Shown here: positions 58,527 through 64,000 of the stretch, in pieces
Layout: each line of letters starts with the position of its first letter
Position numbering within the stretch: the first letter of the stretch is position 1
Assembly (NCBI GenBank): GCA_963836235.1
Contig: CAWIIP010000004.1
Location: 320,001-384,000, forward strand
Reading direction: 5' to 3'
Origin: an uncultured Pseudomonadota bacterium
GTDB taxonomy: Bacteria; Oederibacteriota; Muellerivitia; Muellerivitales; Muellerivitaceae
DNA: 64,000 bases
Translations under genes and position numbers: made by a program
Notes under the pieces: generated by a model
The model's database searches: none
Seen by the model: the letters and a program-made list of their open reading frames with translations, nothing else
Told to the model about the DNA's origin: nothing

Positions 58527-59626
58527 AACCGACGATCACGATCGACGCCCGCATGATTTATTCGGCGGGTATAGGGACCTATTTGCAAAGCCTTCTTCCT
58601 CTGATCCTTGGCCGAAGGCCGCAGTATCAGTTTTACCTTTTGGGAAAGTCGTCTGATCTGGAGGCCTTTCCATGGGCAAGATTGAAAAATGTAAGAGTCA
58701 TCTCCTGCGATTCGTCGATTTATGGCCTTCGGGAACAAGTTGAAATTCCCCAAAAAACGCCTCCTCAAACTGGCTTGTTCTGGTCGCCGCATTACAACAT
58801 CCCGTTGGGTTGTCCGGCCAAGCTTTTGGTGACTGTCCATGATGTGTTTCACTTGGCCATGCCCCAATTCACAGGAGGCATCCACAAAAAGCTTTACGCC
58901 TGGTATATGTTTTCTTCCCTGCGCAGGAAAGCGGCGGCCATCCTGTCCGTCTCCCAGTTTTCCAAGGATGAACTTTTGAAATATACCGGTCCGGCGGGTT
59001 GCCAGCCCCAAGTCGTTTATAACGGGGTGGATGAAAGCTGGTTCAAGGTTCGCAAGAAAAGAAATCCCCATTCGAAACCTTATTTTTTATATGTCGGTAG
59101 CGTGAAGCCGCATAAAAACCTGACGGGACTCCTTGAGGCTTTTGAGAAAGTAAAAAACCAAATTCCCCAGGACCTGATCATCGTTGGTAAAAAGGAAGGT
59201 TTCATCACGGGAGACGGAAAAGTCATCCGAAGAGCCGAGAAAATGGGGGACCGGGTGTTCTTTACCGGGGATTTCCACTATGACGATCCCTTGTTCCGGC
59301 AATATTACGCCTGGGCCGATTTTTTAGTATTGCCATCGTTGTATGAGAGCTTTGGGCTTCCACCCCTGGAGGCAATGGCCTGTGGCGTTCCCGTTTTAGT
59401 CTCGAACTTGGCGGCTTTTCCCGAAGTCTACGGGGACGCCGCGCTTTATTGCGATCCCCATAACCCGGAAGATATCGCGCTCAAGTTATTGAAGTTATCC
59501 AAGGATCGAAAGCTTCGTCAAAGGCTAATTCAGAGAGGTTGGGCGAGGGCCAAAAGGTACAACTGGAAAAAGAGCGCGGGCCAAATTATCCAGGTGATTG
59601 AGCGGCTTCTTTTAAAGGCCGAGTAA
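58523..59626 (+). CDS. Glycosyltransferase family 4 (mannosyltransferase-like)
   Basis: IDARM..GIGTY, TVHD, HKN, ESFGLPPLEAMACG. Confidence 0.9.
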   Translation: MKPTITIDARMIYSAGIGTYLQSLLPLILGRRPQYQFYLLGKSSDLEAFPWARLKNVRVISCDSSIYGLREQVEIPQKTPPQTGLFWSPHYNIPLGCPAKLLVTVHDVFHLAMPQFTGGIHKKLYAWYMFSSLRRKAAAILSVSQFSKDELLKYTGPAGCQPQVVYNGVDESWFKVRKKRNPHSKPYFLYVGSVKPHKNLTGLLEAFEKVKNQIPQDLIIVGKKEGFITGDGKVIRRAEKMGDRVFFTGDFHYDDPLFRQYYAWADFLVLPSLYESFGLPPLEAMACGVPVLVSNLAAFPEVYGDAALYCDPHNPEDIALKLLKLSKDRKLRQRLIQRGWARAKRYNWKKSAGQIIQVIERLLLKAE

Positions 59627-59630
59627 AACT

Positions 59631-61016
59631 TTATGGTTGGTTCGGTTCCGTTTCGACCGATTTAAAAACCAGCAGGTTAATGGAAAAGAAGAACAATAGC
59701 CAATAATCCAGACGGGGGAAAGTTGTCGTTAGGTTGTAGTTAACCAGGAAATGGATGACCCAGGCCAGGCCGGTAAAAAGCAGGGCCCCTTTATTGGCGC
59801 CTTGAAGAATTGAAAACTGAATGATGGAAAATAAGGCAAATAGGAAAGCCAACAAGCCGATCAGTCCCGATTCCGTGCCGACTTCAAGCCAGGTGTTCAT
59901 GACGTCGGTTGTCAAGCCCCCGTAATCTTTGACAGGCTGATAGCCTTGCCCCAGCCAAAAATGGTCCCCCCAGAGCTTCAACCCCTTCTTGAAACTGTCC
60001 ACCCGATCCCCTTCGCTGGTGTGGGAGACCGCGAGGCGGGTGGTGATGCCGTTGACACCCATGGTTCCCGAAAGGCGGCCCAGGTAGTTTTTCCCGTCCG
60101 GGGAAAGAAATAAAAGGCCTACTCCCAGGGCCGACATGAGAAGGCTTTGAAGAACGGACTTTCGGATGTTTCCGAGGTCCTTGAAGAAGGACGCGGCAAA
60201 TAGGAAACAAAGCGTTATAGCGCATCCCAGGATGGCGGTTCTTGAAGTGGTCAGAAAGGACGCGGCCACTATCAAACCTGGAACAAGGCCGGGAAAACGC
60301 CTATGGCCTTTTCCCATCCAAAAGACCAAGGGTAGGGCGAAGATGAAAGCGGAACCGGCGTAACCCGGCTCGTAATAAAAGGCGCAAGGCCGGTAGAGGA
60401 AGACCCCGTAATAGCTATATCCAAGTTGCGCGATACCAAAGGGGACATGTAGACCCCAAAGACTCAGAGTGAGGAGGGTTTTGCTTTGGTAGGGTTCGGG
60501 TGTGGCTATTTTGAAAAAGTATAGACAGAAAACCTGAAGGATGATGAAGGCGGCCAGGGCCAGCAGGCCCCATCGGAAGCCCCGCCGAAGGGAGGAGACC
60601 CAGCGGGGGTTCAGAAGGACCAGCGCGGCTCCACCGATATTGAAAGCGGCCCAGCCCAACTTGATGAATCCTAGGGTCGGGAAAGACGAGAAGGAAACCG
60701 CCAAGCCGTAAACCAGGGCGAAGGGCGCCCAGGCCCAGCCCACTCTTTTAATCCGGTTCCATTCAGCCGGAAAACGTTCCCGGTTTTTAAGAAGATCAAT
60801 CAGGGAGAAGGCGGCCATTCCCAAAAGCAAAAGCTGGCCCCAGCGAAAATTAAAGCCATGGATTCGAACGGCGAAAACCAAGTCGGCGCAGGCGAGAAAA
60901 AAGAAACAAGCCCAGAATAAAGTTGGAAGTAAATTTTCCTCTTGGGACTCGCGCCTTGATCCCCTTTCATTAAAACTTCGGGGAACAGGAAGAGCGACAG
61001 GCGGACGTGTGGACAA
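59631..61016 (-). CDS. Wzy/O-antigen ligase-like membrane protein
   Basis: About 11 TM helices, R..F.EP, LTTSRTA, S..DR, LGQG, N.WLE...E.G..G; start uncertain. Confidence 0.72.
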   Translation of the reverse strand: MSTRPPVALPVPRSFNERGSRRESQEENLLPTLFWACFFFLACADLVFAVRIHGFNFRWGQLLLLGMAAFSLIDLLKNRERFPAEWNRIKRVGWAWAPFALVYGLAVSFSSFPTLGFIKLGWAAFNIGGAALVLLNPRWVSSLRRGFRWGLLALAAFIILQVFCLYFFKIATPEPYQSKTLLTLSLWGLHVPFGIAQLGYSYYGVFLYRPCAFYYEPGYAGSAFIFALPLVFWMGKGHRRFPGLVPGLIVAASFLTTSRTAILGCAITLCFLFAASFFKDLGNIRKSVLQSLLMSALGVGLLFLSPDGKNYLGRLSGTMGVNGITTRLAVSHTSEGDRVDSFKKGLKLWGDHFWLGQGYQPVKDYGGLTTDVMNTWLEVGTESGLIGLLAFLFALFSIIQFSILQGANKGALLFTGLAWVIHFLVNYNLTTTFPRLDYWLLFFFSINLLVFKSVETEPNQP

Positions 61017-61128
61017 AAAAAGGTACCCCGATTTTTTATGTATTTTATTATCAGTTCAAAACTCTCGAACCCTCTGTATACTACAAAATGTTTCCAGGCC
61101 CAGTAAAAGCTTTTTCGGAGCGAACAAG

Positions 61129-62274
61129 GTGATCATCGGCGTTGACGGAACCTGCCTTCAAGGCGTCCGAACCGGAGTGGGGTGGTACCTGACCCACCTC
61201 TTGGAAGCCCTGTCCCACGTGCTGGAAGAGGATAAGGTTTATGTGTGGATGAACAACCCCACGTCCGAGGAAAGGGCGAGGGTCTCGGAAAACCGTTTCA
61301 TCGTTGTGAGCGCCACCCATTATCCTATGGCGGCCCTGAAACTCACTTGGAACACCCTAGGAACACCCGCCATGGACAGTCTCGTCGGACGTCCCGCCGA
61401 CGTTTATTTTTATCCCAACTACCTTCCGCTGCCCCAAAAACAGGGAAAAAAAGTACTGTTTGTCCATGACTTGACCTTTCTGACGAACCCTGATTTGGCC
61501 TCCCAGGAATCCATCAAGACGCTAGGATCCCAATTAGAAAAGCAGGAGGAGAAAGCCGACTTGATCCTGACCTGTTCGGAGTACAACCGCCATGAGATGA
61601 TCAAACATTTCCCCCATCTTTCCGAATCCAAAATTAGGGTGATTCCCCATGGCCTAGGGGAGCCTTTCCGAAAGCCTTCAGCCCCCGATCGGGTAAAGGC
61701 CGTCCGGGAAAAGCATCATTTTTCCAATCCCTATTTTCTTTATGTGGGAACCTTGGAGCCCCGCAAAAACCTTTTGCGTCTGGTTCACGCCTTCCTGCTT
61801 TTCAAGCAAAAGTCCGAAACCCGTCACGAATTGATTTTGGCCGGACCCAAGGGATGGATCGGCGAGGAGTTCATGCAATTTATCCTCTCTCCTCAGCTGG
61901 CCGATAAGGTGCGCTGGCTGGATTACGTCCAAGAGGAGGATATGCCCGGCCTTTATAGCGGAGCGGATGCTTTTGTTTTTCCGTCGTTAAAAGAAGGATT
62001 CGGGATGCCGCTACTCGAAGCCATGGGCTGCGGCGTACCCGTGCTTTGTTCCAACAGCGCGGCTATACCGGAGGTGGTGGGCGACGCGGCTTGGATGATG
62101 GATCCTTCCAATGTCAATGATTGGTCGATGGCTATGAACCGGATCGCGACGGAACCACAATTCGGCCAACTTTTACGGGAAAAGGGAAAAACCCGAGTGA
62201 GCCTTTTCCAGATTGAAAACACCGCAAAGCAGACCCTGGCCGCCTTGAAAATGGCCGTTCAAAACCATGGCTAA
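61129..62274 (+). CDS. Glycosyltransferase family 4
   Basis: TGVGWY, VHDL, VGTLEPRKN, EGFGMPLLEAMGCG; GTG 61129 after GGAG. Confidence 0.9.
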   Translation: MIIGVDGTCLQGVRTGVGWYLTHLLEALSHVLEEDKVYVWMNNPTSEERARVSENRFIVVSATHYPMAALKLTWNTLGTPAMDSLVGRPADVYFYPNYLPLPQKQGKKVLFVHDLTFLTNPDLASQESIKTLGSQLEKQEEKADLILTCSEYNRHEMIKHFPHLSESKIRVIPHGLGEPFRKPSAPDRVKAVREKHHFSNPYFLYVGTLEPRKNLLRLVHAFLLFKQKSETRHELILAGPKGWIGEEFMQFILSPQLADKVRWLDYVQEEDMPGLYSGADAFVFPSLKEGFGMPLLEAMGCGVPVLCSNSAAIPEVVGDAAWMMDPSNVNDWSMAMNRIATEPQFGQLLREKGKTRVSLFQIENTAKQTLAALKMAVQNHG

Positions 62275-63508
62275 GAAACAAAAAAGGCGCCGGCGCAAAC
62301 CCATTCGCCCCAGCAAAAGGGTGAGGCCCGCCAAACGGGTTCGCGCCCCGAAGCTCAGGCTGTTTCGGAAAGCCAGCCGCATTTACCGGGCCTTTCCCCT
62401 AGAGGTCCCCCCAAAAGAGCTCTTCGACGCTCCCCGCATTTCCGCCCTGCGGCGGATGGAGGAGCAATTTGAGATGGCTCTGTCCCGGCCGAAGGTTTCG
62501 GTGGTCATCGCCAATCGCAACGGCGTGGATTTTCTTTGGCACTGCCTTTTCGCCCTCAAAACGCAAAACTATCCCCCTCACGAAATTATTCTCGTGGATA
62601 ACGCTTCCGACGACGCCAGTGTTTCCTTTGTCAAAACCAATTATCCCCAGGTCAAAATACTGGAATGCCAGGAAAATTTCGGTTTGGCCATGGGCGTGAA
62701 CCTGGGGGCGAAAACCGCGATAGGGGATTTAGTCGCGGTAGTTAGCGCGGGTGTGGTGGTGCCGCCGAATTGGCTGGGTCATTTGGTGAAGGATTTTCAG
62801 AAAAATTGGCCTCGTATTGGAGTGATGTCCTCCCCCCTTGATGAAAAACAAGATGACGGAGGGGAAGGGAAAGGCTCAAACCAAACACTTAATTTCATGG
62901 GCCGCTCCGTGGATGGTTTTTGGGCGGAGCCCCAGGAAGTTTTTAACCCCGAAAGCGGGGGATTGATTTATCCCCGTTTTCTCGCTCCGGATGGTCCTTT
63001 CGATTCGGATTATTCCCAATACCAAGAGGACGTATATTTGGGCTGGAAGTTTCGTTTGGGCCGCCATCGCGCGGGAAAATCACTGGAAGCTAAAATTTTC
63101 CGCAAGTCGGAGGAGGAGTTTCCCGAGGGTCCGGAATGGAAACCCGTCTATTATCAAACCCGCAATCGCTGGATGAACCTTTTACTTTTTTATGAAACGG
63201 GAACTTTAGTGAAAGTCTCGCCTTGGATTTTGGGGGAGGCTTTGGTCCGGTTGCTGGCCAGTTTGGGGATTGGGTTTGATTTCTTTTGGGGAAATTTTTC
63301 CGCCATTCTTTGGGTTTGTTTCCATTTGGCCCTCATCCTTAAAAAACGCAGGGAGATCCAAGAAAAACGCCAGGTGGGGGATAGGGATATCCTCAAATAC
63401 ATCAGCGGCCGCGTGGTTCGGGACCGGGGAGGTTTTTCCAGAATGCTTAATTTTTTTTCGCTGCTCTATTGCCGGATAACAGGCTTGCGGGTGTTGGAAT
63501 GGCAATAA
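62267..63508 (+). CDS. Glycosyltransferase family 2 (WbbL-like), degenerate DxD, basic N-terminal tail
   Basis: VSVVIAN.NG, VDNASDD, ENFG, EDV..GW, RNR. Confidence 0.75.
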   Translation: MAKKQKRRRRKPIRPSKRVRPAKRVRAPKLRLFRKASRIYRAFPLEVPPKELFDAPRISALRRMEEQFEMALSRPKVSVVIANRNGVDFLWHCLFALKTQNYPPHEIILVDNASDDASVSFVKTNYPQVKILECQENFGLAMGVNLGAKTAIGDLVAVVSAGVVVPPNWLGHLVKDFQKNWPRIGVMSSPLDEKQDDGGEGKGSNQTLNFMGRSVDGFWAEPQEVFNPESGGLIYPRFLAPDGPFDSDYSQYQEDVYLGWKFRLGRHRAGKSLEAKIFRKSEEEFPEGPEWKPVYYQTRNRWMNLLLFYETGTLVKVSPWILGEALVRLLASLGIGFDFFWGNFSAILWVCFHLALILKKRREIQEKRQVGDRDILKYISGRVVRDRGGFSRMLNFFSLLYCRITGLRVLEWQ

Positions 63509-63613
63509 AGACAATTTAAAACTTAAAATTGCCGCTCATTCGGGGTACACTCGGTGCTCCCCAGGGGTTTCCATAGGGCCCCGAATCCAGGAAAGTGTTG
63601 GAGGTCCGGCTCC

Positions 63614-63952
63614 TTGTCGAAACTTAATAAAAAAGAATCCACTTTTATCGATGATCCCCAGCGTTGTGAGGTTTGCAACACCACCCTGACTCTCTATCCG
63701 AAGGATTTCGCCTCTTGCCCCCACTGCCAGAGGAATATCTGCCGCCAGTGTTGGGGAGCTCCCTGGAGCACTAAGGCCTTCGCCGCCGAAGCTTGTTCCC
63801 ATGTGGTTTCCAATGACGGCCTCACATTGAACCCCGTGGAAGAGTCCAATCGGGGTTTTCAACTGGATTGGCCCCGGGTGATTTTCGCCCTGATTTTGGG
63901 GGCCCTGGCTATCGGAATCCTTTTCTTTCTTTTAAATCTTTTCGTTTTCTGA
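63614..63952 (+). CDS. Small Cys-rich zinc-finger membrane protein
   Basis: CEVC, CPHC, CRQC, CSH and C-terminal TM helix; TTG 63614 after GGAGG. Confidence 0.65.
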   Translation: MSKLNKKESTFIDDPQRCEVCNTTLTLYPKDFASCPHCQRNICRQCWGAPWSTKAFAAEACSHVVSNDGLTLNPVEESNRGFQLDWPRVIFALILGALAIGILFFLLNLFVF

Positions 63953-63964
63953 TCCGGAAGACCC

Positions 63965-64000
63965 TTGCGTATCGCCCTGGTTCACGATTGGTTAACCGGC
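63965..64000 (+). CDS. Glycosyltransferase family 4, 5' end (truncated by window)
   Basis: TTG CGT ATC... gives MRIALVHDWLTG, a typical GT4 N-terminus. Confidence 0.7.
   Translation, partial: MRIALVHDWLTG

Overview
Chromosomal window from a diderm bacterium of roughly mid-range GC; taxonomy cannot be fixed from sequence alone. 1-13.3 kb is housekeeping: tRNA-Gly, a PEP-carboxykinase-like P-loop protein and an AspA-like lyase, then tRNA-Thr-tuf-rpmG-tRNA-Trp-secE-nusG-rplKAJL with L1 and L10 leaders but no rpoBC, then DinB-tmk-holB-metG-tatD. 13.3-26.7 kb holds a GT-C-like/TPR membrane protein, trpD-C-F-(TPR)-B-A-accD-folC, ArnT-like and WaaL-like genes and an orphan MsmX/MsiK-type ABC ATPase. 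26.8-64 kb is a large mosaic surface-glycan locus (ugd, rfbD, two flippases, wecB, wecC, bi-domain oxidoreductase, asnB-like, heparinase II/III-like, many GTs). Nested in it are a split-transketolase/epimerase-GtrB fusion/methyltransferase/GT-C cassette and an AT-rich NHL-lipoprotein(CTD)/PorV-like/TPR module. The most notable observations are those two cassettes, two strongly structured unannotated 5' leaders (trpD, msmX), a 24-bp in-frame REP-like insertion in asnB, a REP-like element with direct repeats where rpoB normally sits, and a probable frameshift in a signal peptide. No CRISPR array, integrase, transposase or rRNA was seen. All functional calls come from motif recognition by eye, not database searches.
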